Shown here piece after piece: positions 29,699 through 38,549 of a stretch of DNA of 64,000 nucleotides. The notes beneath the pieces are model-generated. The model saw only the letters and a list, made by a program, of their open reading frames with translations, did not search any database and had not been told where the DNA came from. The DNA comes from an uncultured Acidobacteriaceae bacterium. Its GTDB lineage: Bacteria > Acidobacteriota > Terriglobia > Terriglobales > Acidobacteriaceae. Both the position numbers and the translations under genes were made by a program. Numbering within the stretch: position 1 is the stretch's first letter; the number at the start of each line of letters is the position of its first letter. The stretch spans positions 47,157 through 111,156 of the forward strand of contig CAVQCP010000038.1 of assembly GCA_963710965.1 (NCBI GenBank), written 5' to 3'.

Positions 29699-31300
29699 AT
29701 GGCACGTAGTTCTCGCCGATCACTCTTCCTGGTAGTTTTCTTTCTGCTGGCGTGCGGATTTCTGGGCATTCTCTTCGCCCAGCGCACCGGAACGCAGTCA
29801 ACGCTCAGCAGCGACTCGGACGTCAAAGACAGCCTGAAGCAGTTCACTAACGTCTACTCCATCATCGAAGAGAACTACGCCGAGCCGGTCAATCCGGATA
29901 AAGCCATCTACAACGGGGCGATCCCCGGGATGCTGCACGCGCTCGATCCGCACTCGAATTTCTTCGATCCCAAGTCTTACGCGCTGATGCGCGAAGACCA
30001 GCGCGGCAAATACTACGGCGTGGGCATGACGGTTGGGCCGCGCAACAATAAGGTCATTGTGATCTTCCCGTTCACCGGCACGCCGGCGTATAAGGCGGGC
30101 ATCCATCCTGGCGATGTGATCATCGCGGTCGACGGCAAGTCGACCGAGAACATGGTAACCAGCGATGTCGCCGACATGTTGAAGGGGCCGAAGGGCACCA
30201 CGGTTCACATCAGCATTTCGCGCGAAGGTGTGGAAAAGCCGATGGAATTTACGCTGATCCGCGATGAGATTCCGCGCTACAGCGTGGACGTTCATTTCCT
30301 GATCAAGCCCGGAATCGGCTACCTGCACGTCACCGGCTTCAACGAGACCACGGAAGAAGAAGTTTCGAAGGCGCTGGATGAGTTTGGCGATCTGAAGGGA
30401 CTGATTCTCGATCTACGCGGCAACCCTGGCGGCCTGCTCAGCGAAGGCGTGGGCGTAGCCGACAAGTTCCTCAAGAAGGGCCAGTTGATCGTTTCGCATC
30501 ATGGACGCGCTTCCGCCGAGAAGCGCTATGTGGCGCAGCATGGTAACGGCGGTAAGGATTATCCGATTGTTGTGCTGGTGAACCGGTTGACCGCATCCGC
30601 GGCTGAGATTGTCTCCGGAGCGATTCAGGATCATGATCGCGGCCTGATCGCGGGCGAAGTGACGTTCGGCAAGGGCTTGGTGCAAACCGTGTATCCGCTG
30701 TCGGAAAATACCGGCCTGGCGCTGACTACGGCTCACTACTACACGCCTAGCGGGCGGTTGATCCAGCGCGATTACAGCAACATCTCGCTCTACGATTATT
30801 ACTACAACCGCGAGCCGGAATCGGGCAGCAATGTCAATCGCGAAGTGAAGCTCACCGATAGCGGACGCACGGTTTACGGCGGCGGCGGCATCACGCCCGA
30901 TGTGGTGATTCCTCCGATTAAGAGCAATCACTTTCAGGACACGCTGCTGCAGCACTACGCGTTCTTCAACTTCGCCAAGCGCTACGTGGTCAATCATCAC
31001 CCCGCGAAGAGCTTTGAAGTGGATGACGCCATTCTTCAGGATTTCCGCAAGTCGCTCGACGAGGCCGGTATCACCTACACGGGTGCCGATTTTGTGGACA
31101 ACAATGACTGGCTCAAATCCAACATCAAGGCGGAAATTTTCGTCGACGCCTTCGGTCAGGATGAAGGGTTAAAGGTGCGCGCCGAAACCGATCCGGAAGT
31201 GCTCAAGGGCCTGGAACTGCTGCCGCAAGCCAAGGCCTTGGCCGATAACGCTAAAAAGATTGTGGCCGAGCACAACAGCGCGGGAGCGTTCAACCGGTAG
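29699..31300 (+). CDS. S41-family C-terminal processing (tail-specific) peptidase
   Basis: PDZ region (GIHPGDVIIAVDG), LDLRGNPGG, the catalytic-Ser region TASAAEI, and FGKG. Confidence 0.9.
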   Translation: MARSSRRSLFLVVFFLLACGFLGILFAQRTGTQSTLSSDSDVKDSLKQFTNVYSIIEENYAEPVNPDKAIYNGAIPGMLHALDPHSNFFDPKSYALMREDQRGKYYGVGMTVGPRNNKVIVIFPFTGTPAYKAGIHPGDVIIAVDGKSTENMVTSDVADMLKGPKGTTVHISISREGVEKPMEFTLIRDEIPRYSVDVHFLIKPGIGYLHVTGFNETTEEEVSKALDEFGDLKGLILDLRGNPGGLLSEGVGVADKFLKKGQLIVSHHGRASAEKRYVAQHGNGGKDYPIVVLVNRLTASAAEIVSGAIQDHDRGLIAGEVTFGKGLVQTVYPLSENTGLALTTAHYYTPSGRLIQRDYSNISLYDYYYNREPESGSNVNREVKLTDSGRTVYGGGGITPDVVIPPIKSNHFQDTLLQHYAFFNFAKRYVVNHHPAKSFEVDDAILQDFRKSLDEAGITYTGADFVDNNDWLKSNIKAEIFVDAFGQDEGLKVRAETDPEVLKGLELLPQAKALADNAKKIVAEHNSAGAFNR

Positions 31301-31340
31301 CGCAGTGGTTAGCGGTCAGTGGTCAGCAAAATTATGCGAA

Positions 31341-31368
31341 GGCCCGGACTTGTTCCGGGCCTTTGACT
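31341..31368 (+). terminator. probable terminator after the S41 peptidase gene
   Basis: GGCCCGGA-CTTGT-TCCGGGCC followed by a weak T tract (TTTGACTT). Confidence 0.6.
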
Positions 31369-31464
31369 TAGGTATCGCGGTATGTGAAAATCCGCGTCAG
31401 CAGGGCTTGGGGGCGTGCGGAAAGATCGATGTTGAGTTCTGTTGCAAATTCGATTTTGGAGAGA

Positions 31465-31545
31465 GCAACGCTTCAGCTTTTGGGTGGAGCAGCGCTTCAG
31501 CGCTGCATAATTGGCAGATCTTCCAGCACCGGCTTTAGCCGCTGT
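31465..31545. repeat. REP-like GC hairpins (family 3)
   Basis: CAGCGC-TTCA-GCGCTG (31490..31505) and CGGCT-TTA-GCCG (31530..31541). The latter resembles the hairpin at 50058..50071. Confidence 0.6.
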
Positions 31546-31574
31546 AGTACGCTCCGCCCCCAATCGGTGCCGGT

Positions 31575-32108
31575 TTGAAAGCAATCCTATTAGGGTTGGC
31601 CGTGGTATTGGCCGTGGTGGCTGGATGGACGGATTGGCGCAGCCGGCGGATTCCGAACTGGCTTACGATGCCGGGGTTTGTGATTGGCGTGCTGGGCAAT
31701 GTGCTGGTCAGCGGCTGGCCGGGGTTGAAGAGTTCGCTGCTGGGCGCCGGGCTGGGATTGCTGGTGCTGTTTCCCTTTGTTTTCCTGCGCAGTCTGGGCG
31801 CGGGAGATTGGAAGATGGCGGGAGCCTTGGGGGCGTTTGTCGGTCCAGAAGTGATGGTGAATCTGCTGATGGGATCGGTATTTGTGGCCGGGATTATGGC
31901 GCTGGCGCTGGTGATTTACAAACGGCGATTCATGCAGACACTGCGCAATATGGGCAAGATGCTGGGCTCGATGTTGACTTTTCGTATGCCCGGGGCGGAG
32001 GTTTCGCTGGATAATCCTGAATCGCTGAAAGTTCCCTATGGCGTAGCATTAGCTTTGACCATGTTGCTTTACAGCATTTTCAACTACAAGATGTGGGGAG
32101 CGCGGTAG
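31575..32108 (+). CDS. A24-family prepilin peptidase (CpaA/TadV-like)
   Basis: Polytopic membrane protein with WTDWRSRRIPN and GAGDWKM, the two Asp motifs. TTG start. Confidence 0.8.
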   Translation: MKAILLGLAVVLAVVAGWTDWRSRRIPNWLTMPGFVIGVLGNVLVSGWPGLKSSLLGAGLGLLVLFPFVFLRSLGAGDWKMAGALGAFVGPEVMVNLLMGSVFVAGIMALALVIYKRRFMQTLRNMGKMLGSMLTFRMPGAEVSLDNPESLKVPYGVALALTMLLYSIFNYKMWGAR

Positions 32109-32110
32109 CC

Positions 32111-32698
32111 ATGAAGGGGTTGCGGAAAATCTGGTTCAGGTGGTTGCACGGCACGTGCGGTGCCGAAATCGCGGAGACCGCGATGATTTTGCCCCTGCTC
32201 TTCATGATGGTGATGGCCATTTTCTGGATGGGACAGGCGTTCCGCACTTATGGCAGCCTGGCAAACGCTGCACGGGCGGGAGTTCGCGCCGCAGTGGCTC
32301 CCATTTGCACCACCTGCACCGCCACCACCGTGACCAGCCCAGCGCAGATTGCGCAAACTGCGGCGCAGAATGCGCTGGCGGCGGCGAGCGTAAACGCGGC
32401 CAACCTGCTGCCCAATACGCAATGGACCCCGCCGACTTTGTGTCAGTGCCGTAGCGGCGCGGCCGCATGCACCGCCACTTCCTCAGCCGTGGTGCCGTGC
32501 GACACCACGGTTACCAATATGTGCGTGCAGGAGAATGTTCAATTGACTTACCCCAACGGCCAGGGGGGGATGTATACGTGCGGCACCTCGGTAAGCATGC
32601 GCTACCAGTACCCTTATAACTTCACCATTCCGCTTACCAGTCTGAATTTGAGGAACATCCAGCTTCCAGGGCAGGCGCAGATGAGGGCGGAGCAGTGA
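32111..32698 (+). CDS. TadE-like pseudopilin
   Basis: N-terminal AEIAETAMILPLLFMMVMAIFWMGQAF (TadE/G-like hydrophobic segment). Confidence 0.7.
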   Translation: MKGLRKIWFRWLHGTCGAEIAETAMILPLLFMMVMAIFWMGQAFRTYGSLANAARAGVRAAVAPICTTCTATTVTSPAQIAQTAAQNALAAASVNAANLLPNTQWTPPTLCQCRSGAAACTATSSAVVPCDTTVTNMCVQENVQLTYPNGQGGMYTCGTSVSMRYQYPYNFTIPLTSLNLRNIQLPGQAQMRAEQ

Positions 32699-33303
32699 GG
32701 AATACAGAGAAAGCAAAGTGCACGCGGGCAGGAGTGCCCGCGCCACACAATCGGCGCATACGGCCGACAGACGATCGTGCTTCTCAGATCGCGGAGTTTG
32801 CCCTGTCTCTACCGTTGTTGGTTTTCTTCGTCATCGGCATTTTCGATTTCAGCAATGCGCTGGCGCTGAAACAGAAGTTGGTCAGCGCGGCGCGCGAGAG
32901 CGCCCGCGTCGCCGCTGCCGATCCGGCCAATGATTTAGTCAACCCGACAAGTACGGTTCCGGCTTCGGTCAGCGACGCCGCCCAGGTGGTCGATAATTAT
33001 TTGATTTCGGAAAATATCGCCGACTGCGGGCTGGCGAACGCTCCCGTATCCAAGGCCGGTCTGCAATGGACCTACACCGCGACCGGCTCGGGCTGCCCCG
33101 GCAATGGGCTGCAACTTCTCATTGACCGCGGCTGCAAGAGTATTGCTACCTCAACTTCGAGCACTGTCAACTTGATCGGCACCTGCGTCACCATCACGTA
33201 TGCCTATAAATGGGAGTTCAACAACGTCGCCTCTACTTTAGGATGGACCGGTTCCGGACCCAGCAACCTGACCGCCCTGGCCGGCGCGTATAACGAGAAT
33301 TAG
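32695..33303 (+). CDS. TadE/TadF-like pseudopilin
   Basis: SQIAEFALSLPLLVFFVIGIFDFSNAL. The GTG start overlaps the upstream stop by 4 nt. Confidence 0.7.
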   Translation: MRNTEKAKCTRAGVPAPHNRRIRPTDDRASQIAEFALSLPLLVFFVIGIFDFSNALALKQKLVSAARESARVAAADPANDLVNPTSTVPASVSDAAQVVDNYLISENIADCGLANAPVSKAGLQWTYTATGSGCPGNGLQLLIDRGCKSIATSTSSTVNLIGTCVTITYAYKWEFNNVASTLGWTGSGPSNLTALAGAYNEN

Positions 33304-33306
33304 ATC

Positions 33307-34815
33307 ATGCGATCCCCGCTCATTCGACGCGCGCAAAGAACCGGCGCCCACCCACGCCCTCTTGGCTTTGGGAAGAGCGATTGCGCTTCTCGAAACAACG
33401 ATTACGAGTTTCGAAAAAACGAGCGCGGCGTAACCATTGCCCTGGTGGCCTTGTCGATCGTAGGCATCATCTCGATGGCGGCGCTCTCCATCGATATCGG
33501 AACTCTCTACCAATCGAAGGCCGAGGCCCAGCGCGCCGCCGATGCTGCCGCTTTAACCGCGGCTCGGGTGATTTCGCTCTCGGGAGTGACCGGAGATCCA
33601 GGCAATATATCGACATCATGGCAGCCCACCTGCGGCGGGGCGGGCAGCGCCGCCACGTTGGCGGCAACCGCCATCGCGCGAGCGCGGGCTAATTTTGTTG
33701 GAGGCAATCCCGTGCCTACGGTTGCGGTGAATTACGGCCCTGCGGCCGGCGCTAACAGCGACTGTTCGCAGCTGGTGTCCGCCGGGTCAGCATTTTCCGT
33801 GAATCCGACGGTGACGGTGACCGTCACTAGCGGGACGCTGCCGATTTTTTTTGCCAAAGTTTTTTCCATCTTTCCGGGCGTCAACTATTCGAACACCACG
33901 GTAAGCGCGACGGCGGCGGCCGAGGCCTTCAATCCTTCGGGATCGAGTGCACTACCGTCAGGCCTGACCTCGGTGCAACCCAGGTGCGTGAAGCCTCTCA
34001 TCGTGCCGAATGCCGACCCTGGAAATCCCGGGATTGCATTCGTCAACGGCACCACCGGAGCCATCAACACCACTGGCATCGAGGTGAATGGCACTGGGAC
34101 GGGTGTGATTGGCGAGTCTTTCAGCCTGGTCGCCGATTGCGCACCCAGCGGAGCTTGCAACAGCCAAGTAATTCCGCCGCCGCCATTTTTCCTCAATCCG
34201 CCGCAGGCCTATTCCGGAACCACCCCGCCCACGCTGCAATATGTGCCGGGCATGGTTCTCAATTCCTCCGCAGCCGTTCCCTCTGGCGGTTTCTGCTCTT
34301 CCCTCGCTACCAACTACGCTCAAGCCGTCGCGGGATGCGACCAGATCACGACCTATCAGTGCGGAGTGTCGAAGGCGACTTTAGGAACCGGCGCGAATCA
34401 AGTCGATCTTTCGGAGAATCCCAGCGGCCCGGCCGGAGACACCGCGACCGCTGTGCAATGCCTTATTAACGAGGCTTCCGAGGGCTCGGCAAATAGTGGG
34501 CAGGATACTTTATTGACCGCATCGATTCCTTATCAGATTCAGGCTGGCTCCTCAAATCCGTTGGGCATCTCCGGCTTGATCTCGAGCAGCAACTCGGTTG
34601 TGTCGCTTCCGATTTACGACGGCGCCACGATCGGCGTAGGGAATTACGTGACTATCGTGGGTTTCCTGCAGGTCTTCATTAACTACGTCGACGCCAACGG
34701 CAACGTCAACGTAACCGTGCTGAATGTTGCCGGATGCGGCAATCAAGCCACCGGCACGACGCCGGTGGTGACGGGAACTTCTCCCGTGCCAGTGCGGCTC
34801 ATCACGCCTCCGTAA
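33307..34815 (+). CDS. TadG-like pilus-assembly protein
   Basis: ERGVTIALVALSIVGIISMAALSIDIGTLYQSKAEAQRAADAAALTAA, a Tad-like N-domain. Confidence 0.7.
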   Translation: MRSPLIRRAQRTGAHPRPLGFGKSDCASRNNDYEFRKNERGVTIALVALSIVGIISMAALSIDIGTLYQSKAEAQRAADAAALTAARVISLSGVTGDPGNISTSWQPTCGGAGSAATLAATAIARARANFVGGNPVPTVAVNYGPAAGANSDCSQLVSAGSAFSVNPTVTVTVTSGTLPIFFAKVFSIFPGVNYSNTTVSATAAAEAFNPSGSSALPSGLTSVQPRCVKPLIVPNADPGNPGIAFVNGTTGAINTTGIEVNGTGTGVIGESFSLVADCAPSGACNSQVIPPPPFFLNPPQAYSGTTPPTLQYVPGMVLNSSAAVPSGGFCSSLATNYAQAVAGCDQITTYQCGVSKATLGTGANQVDLSENPSGPAGDTATAVQCLINEASEGSANSGQDTLLTASIPYQIQAGSSNPLGISGLISSSNSVVSLPIYDGATIGVGNYVTIVGFLQVFINYVDANGNVNVTVLNVAGCGNQATGTTPVVTGTSPVPVRLITPP

Positions 34816-34848
34816 TCACTTTCGAGAGTGGTCGGAGAAAAGAGAGAT

Positions 34849-34892
34849 TGTCATCCCGAGCAGCGCGAGGAATCTTGGTTTCTCCCTGTGCC
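34849..34892. repeat. family 1 terminal fragment
   Basis: TGTCATCCCGAGCAGCGCGAGGAATC... Confidence 0.6.
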
Positions 34893-34994
34893 ATCAACAT
34901 GACCGGTGCGCGCAAACACCAGGATCACTCGCTGCGCCCGGACGACACTGTTTCTCCGCCCCGGTTGCTCCTCTTCTTCATAACTGCTCAAATC

Positions 34995-35149
34995 TGTCAT
35001 CCCGACCAAGGAGAATGAGCGGCGGAGCCGATCCTTCTCCGCGTGGAGGGACCTGCTTTCCGGCGGCGCATAAGGTGCCGGCAAACAGCAGGTCCCTCGA
35101 CTGCGAAGATCGTCCGCTTCGCGCACGATCCTCTCCGCTCGGGATGACA
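34995..35149. repeat. family 1 full element (155 nt, TGTCATCCCGA...TCGGGATGACA)
   Basis: Terminal inverted repeats. The internal GGAGGGACCTGCT / AGCAGGTCCCTC arms form a long hairpin. Confidence 0.85.
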
Positions 35150-35215
35150 TTATTTTGGAAGCGCGGCTGAACCGCAGTCCATAAAACGCCGTGGGATCAA
35201 CTTCTAAACCGAGGC

Positions 35216-36208
35216 TTAATCAGGAGTGCTGAGATCGGTTGGGCCGTTGGGGGCTTCGTTTGGATTGCTGGGATGATCGGCGCCATCCGTCTTCGCATTG
35301 GCTGGCGATGGAGGTATTGGCGCCGGGTGCTTGGGCACGGGCGCCACATCAGCATCATCGTCGTCTGCGACCACGACTCTAGTCTGAGGCCTGGGTTGCG
35401 GCATGGGGCCTTCGGGGCGCGCACTCAGAATTACGGCTTCGAGCGCCTGCGGATTGCCCGGCGAATTCACGATCACAAAATTGAATTTCGATCCGTTCAG
35501 CAATTGACCTAGAACTTGCTCAGCTGGCGCAGGACCCATTTCGCCGACAACTTGCTCCTGCTCCGCTCCCGCGGGAATTGCGATCTCGGCGCCGGTGCGC
35601 TGGTGCACCGCGAAAAGCACTTCGGAAAGATTGGCTTTGACGGCGCTGATGTAGAGCAATCCATTCTTGAACGACACATCGAGCGCGGGACGCGGCGGAG
35701 GGGGCACCTCTACCGAAAGATGCGCGCCCATGGCGCTGTAGTTGGAATTCACCAAAGCCGGTCCAGAGCTGGGTCGCGAGCCGGCCACTTGCGCGCCCGC
35801 ATCGGCTCCAACCTTCAGGATCACAGTTCTTCCCGAAGGAAAAACTTTGTAGGGCTGCGGCCCATTCAGGTCAAGGACGATACGCGTGACCGGAGGATCG
35901 GTCGAAAACAAGCCCACGCGGAGATTCTTTACCTCACTGCGATTGACCGCCTGACCGTGCAACTGCGCGGAGGGAACGGCGCCCACGAAATCGACTACCA
36001 GGCGATCGGGACCGGTCAATACATTGATTTGGGGCACGATGCGATCGCTGGCTTCGACTTCGATCTCAACCTGGCCGCGAGTGTGCAGCACCTCCACTTT
36101 GCGAATCGAGGGCGCACTCTGGGCCTGCACATTTTTGGATTGACCCGCGGCTAGCACGGTTAAATTCATCGCCAACAACGGCAGAGCGGCAGCAGCAAAA
36201 AGTTTCAT
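35216..36208 (-). CDS. secreted AMIN-domain protein with a Pro-rich C-terminus
   Basis: Signal peptide, then IRKVEVLHTRGQVEIEVEASDRIVPQINVLTGPDRLVVDF (AMIN-like). Confidence 0.6.
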   Translation of the reverse strand: MKLFAAAALPLLAMNLTVLAAGQSKNVQAQSAPSIRKVEVLHTRGQVEIEVEASDRIVPQINVLTGPDRLVVDFVGAVPSAQLHGQAVNRSEVKNLRVGLFSTDPPVTRIVLDLNGPQPYKVFPSGRTVILKVGADAGAQVAGSRPSSGPALVNSNYSAMGAHLSVEVPPPPRPALDVSFKNGLLYISAVKANLSEVLFAVHQRTGAEIAIPAGAEQEQVVGEMGPAPAEQVLGQLLNGSKFNFVIVNSPGNPQALEAVILSARPEGPMPQPRPQTRVVVADDDDADVAPVPKHPAPIPPSPANAKTDGADHPSNPNEAPNGPTDLSTPD

Positions 36209-36375
36209 GAATTTCCCCGGGGCGTGCTTAAGACGCGCGCAGTCGCGCTAGGGCTGATTCTAGCAGTGGATAAGATAACTGCCGCTTACGGAGGTATTAC
36301 AACTTTGGGTTCTGCTTCCGGGCTTCGGAGGCGCGCGTTCCGACCTCGGAGGCTTCAGGGCTAACGAGACTGCGT

Positions 36376-36470
36376 GAGAACTCGTGCCGTCCCTACGGGA
36401 CTTGTTCTCCCCTCCCAGTTTACCCAGCGCTGAAGCGCTGGGCTAATATCGCGCTGCCCCTCCGGGGCGC
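36376..36470. repeat. cluster of REP-like GC hairpins (family 3)
   Basis: GAGAACTCGTGCC...GTTCTC, CCCAGCGC-TGAA-GCGCTGGG and GCCCCTCCGGGGCG. GAACTCGTGCC is shared with the right inverted repeat of the RAYT unit. Confidence 0.7.
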
Positions 36471-36510
36471 CCTGGTGCCGGAAGCCCGACTTCTTCTACT
36501 TGGTTAACTT

Positions 36511-38442
36511 CTACTTGGTTAACGGGGCGAGCAGAGTGCCCATCAGATCAGGCTGGCTGGAGATGCGCTCCAGATGCGGGTTCATGTCGCCGTCGTGATA
36601 GGGCACGGAATAACTCTTGAAGAACTGGGCGTTCTCGACCAGCAATTCAATGGGATCTTTGGTGTCATGCGCCGCCTTGATGGCGGCATGCAATACGTCC
36701 GGCGTGTATTTGCGGCCGTTCACGGCAATCAACTTCATGTTTGGGCCAATGCCTGCCTGATACGCGGGCGAGCCTACGATCGCGTCCACCAGTTTGCCAT
36801 CTTCCGCGGCAAAAAATCCTAACGAATAAGAGAAGTCGGCAAACTTGGCAACTTTTTCGAGCGCCGTCATGTAGGCATTGGGCTGGTCGTTGTAAACCAG
36901 CTTCCATCCCTCGCGCTCGATACCGCCGAGCGGAGCATGATTGCCGGTCGCATCGACGCGCTGGTGCAGCAACGTCGCCCAATCGTAGGGTGCAACGTCG
37001 TTGAGCGTGCGGACAACGTCATCTAATGTGTAAGGCACAACCGTGGGATCGCCACTGGGGCCGCCTTCGAAGCGGCGGCAGAAATCGTCTAGCGAACGCT
37101 TGCCATTGGTCTGCTGCCGTAGGATGGCGTCCACTTCCAGCCAGATCAATTGACCCTCGGGATAATAGTCGAGGCTGCGGCGCCAGTTTGCCCACTGCGG
37201 CCCCAGCATGCGCAAAAGCTGCACCGAACGCGCGGTATCTTCGAGCGGACGCCAGGTGCGGCCGGGACGATGATCGAGCATGGCAGCGTTCTCCGCCAGA
37301 CTCTCGCGGAATTGCTCCGGCGTGGTTAATCCGCTACGCGCGGCCAACAGAAAGCCGAGATAATCGGTGAGGCCCTCATACACCCACAACAAATCGCCCA
37401 TCATGGGATCCTGATAATTTCGCGTGGCCAGTCCGGCGGGGCGGCGATACTTGCCGTTCCAGGAGTGCGCGAATTCGTGCGGAAGCAGATCGGCGTTGAT
37501 GTAGTGCAGGTCAGGATCGAGCAGCGTGCGCTCATCGGTGGCGCTGTCATTCGATTCATGATGCTCCAATCCGTGCCCGCCGACCTGATCGCTGAGGGTG
37601 AAGAGAAAGTGATACTGGTGGTAATGGCGCGCGCCGAAGAGCGCGCCGGCTTCCACTACTAACTTGCGGTAGGCGTCAACGTCTTCCTGCTTCATGGCGA
37701 GATCGCCTTCGCTGTCGGCGACCAGATCGATTTCATGCTGGGGCGTTTTGGGCGGCAGGTTCAAATCGATTTTGCGGAAGTGCTCTCCGGCAATCAAGGG
37801 CGAATCGATGAGCGTAGTGAGGGAGACTTGTGCGAACTGCACCTCATCGCCGGCGTCGCTCGAATTTCGCAGAACCGGGGGAAGAGCCGTTGCGTACTGC
37901 CATCCGGGAGGAAGGGAGACAGCCGCGATGAAAGAGATGGCATCAGAATCGGCGCCCTGCGGGTAAAGAACGACTGCATTCCAGTTGAGATCGAGCAGGT
38001 TGCTGGAAGCAGCCGGACCGCCTCCACCCGCGCTGTCGTTGGTCGTAATGGCGTCGAGAGATACATCGATGGAGGTCACGCCTTGGGGAACTTTGAGGTG
38101 AAAGGCGTACATATCGATCACATCGCGCTGCCAGTCCAAAGGTTTGCCCGCAGCTGATATGTGAAGGCCCGTGAGCCCGTTGATGGGGCCACTGGGACGG
38201 TGATTGCCGGGAATCCATTGGGGGAATACCAGGGTCATGGCTCCGGGCGTGGCCGGGATTTTCAGCTTAGCGTGGTAGATGTTGCGGGGAGCGTCGCTGA
38301 GGTCGACTTCCAGGCGAATGGGTTGACCCAAGCCTATTTGCGCCGCAGATACGGCATAGATTCGCGGGCTGAATAAGAATGCCGGTAGCGCGCAAAAAGC
38401 AACCGATCGGCCAATCCATCGAACCACGCGCAGGCAATGCAT
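36511..38442 (-). CDS. M61-family glycyl aminopeptidase with a PDZ domain
   Basis: HEFAHSWNGKY zinc motif and a C-terminal PDZ-like region. The ATG at 38442 sits 5 nt after AAGGAG, which the listed TTG start would read through as codons. Confidence 0.85.
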   Translation of the reverse strand: MHCLRVVRWIGRSVAFCALPAFLFSPRIYAVSAAQIGLGQPIRLEVDLSDAPRNIYHAKLKIPATPGAMTLVFPQWIPGNHRPSGPINGLTGLHISAAGKPLDWQRDVIDMYAFHLKVPQGVTSIDVSLDAITTNDSAGGGGPAASSNLLDLNWNAVVLYPQGADSDAISFIAAVSLPPGWQYATALPPVLRNSSDAGDEVQFAQVSLTTLIDSPLIAGEHFRKIDLNLPPKTPQHEIDLVADSEGDLAMKQEDVDAYRKLVVEAGALFGARHYHQYHFLFTLSDQVGGHGLEHHESNDSATDERTLLDPDLHYINADLLPHEFAHSWNGKYRRPAGLATRNYQDPMMGDLLWVYEGLTDYLGFLLAARSGLTTPEQFRESLAENAAMLDHRPGRTWRPLEDTARSVQLLRMLGPQWANWRRSLDYYPEGQLIWLEVDAILRQQTNGKRSLDDFCRRFEGGPSGDPTVVPYTLDDVVRTLNDVAPYDWATLLHQRVDATGNHAPLGGIEREGWKLVYNDQPNAYMTALEKVAKFADFSYSLGFFAAEDGKLVDAIVGSPAYQAGIGPNMKLIAVNGRKYTPDVLHAAIKAAHDTKDPIELLVENAQFFKSYSVPYHDGDMNPHLERISSQPDLMGTLLAPLTK

Positions 38443-38549
38443 GGAAACTCCTTGCAAGATTTAACAGCAGGATCGGGAGTAAAGACAGCCCAGGAGCAGA
38501 GCGTATCGGAAGGGCACGCACCTACGCAAGAGTAGGGGGGTAAGGGTTG

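Noticed and set aside
31384-31578. A candidate Flp pilin ORF upstream of the prepilin peptidase.
   Set aside because: The translation has no G/xxxxEY processing motif or hydrophobic Flp helix. The region is made of REP-like hairpins.
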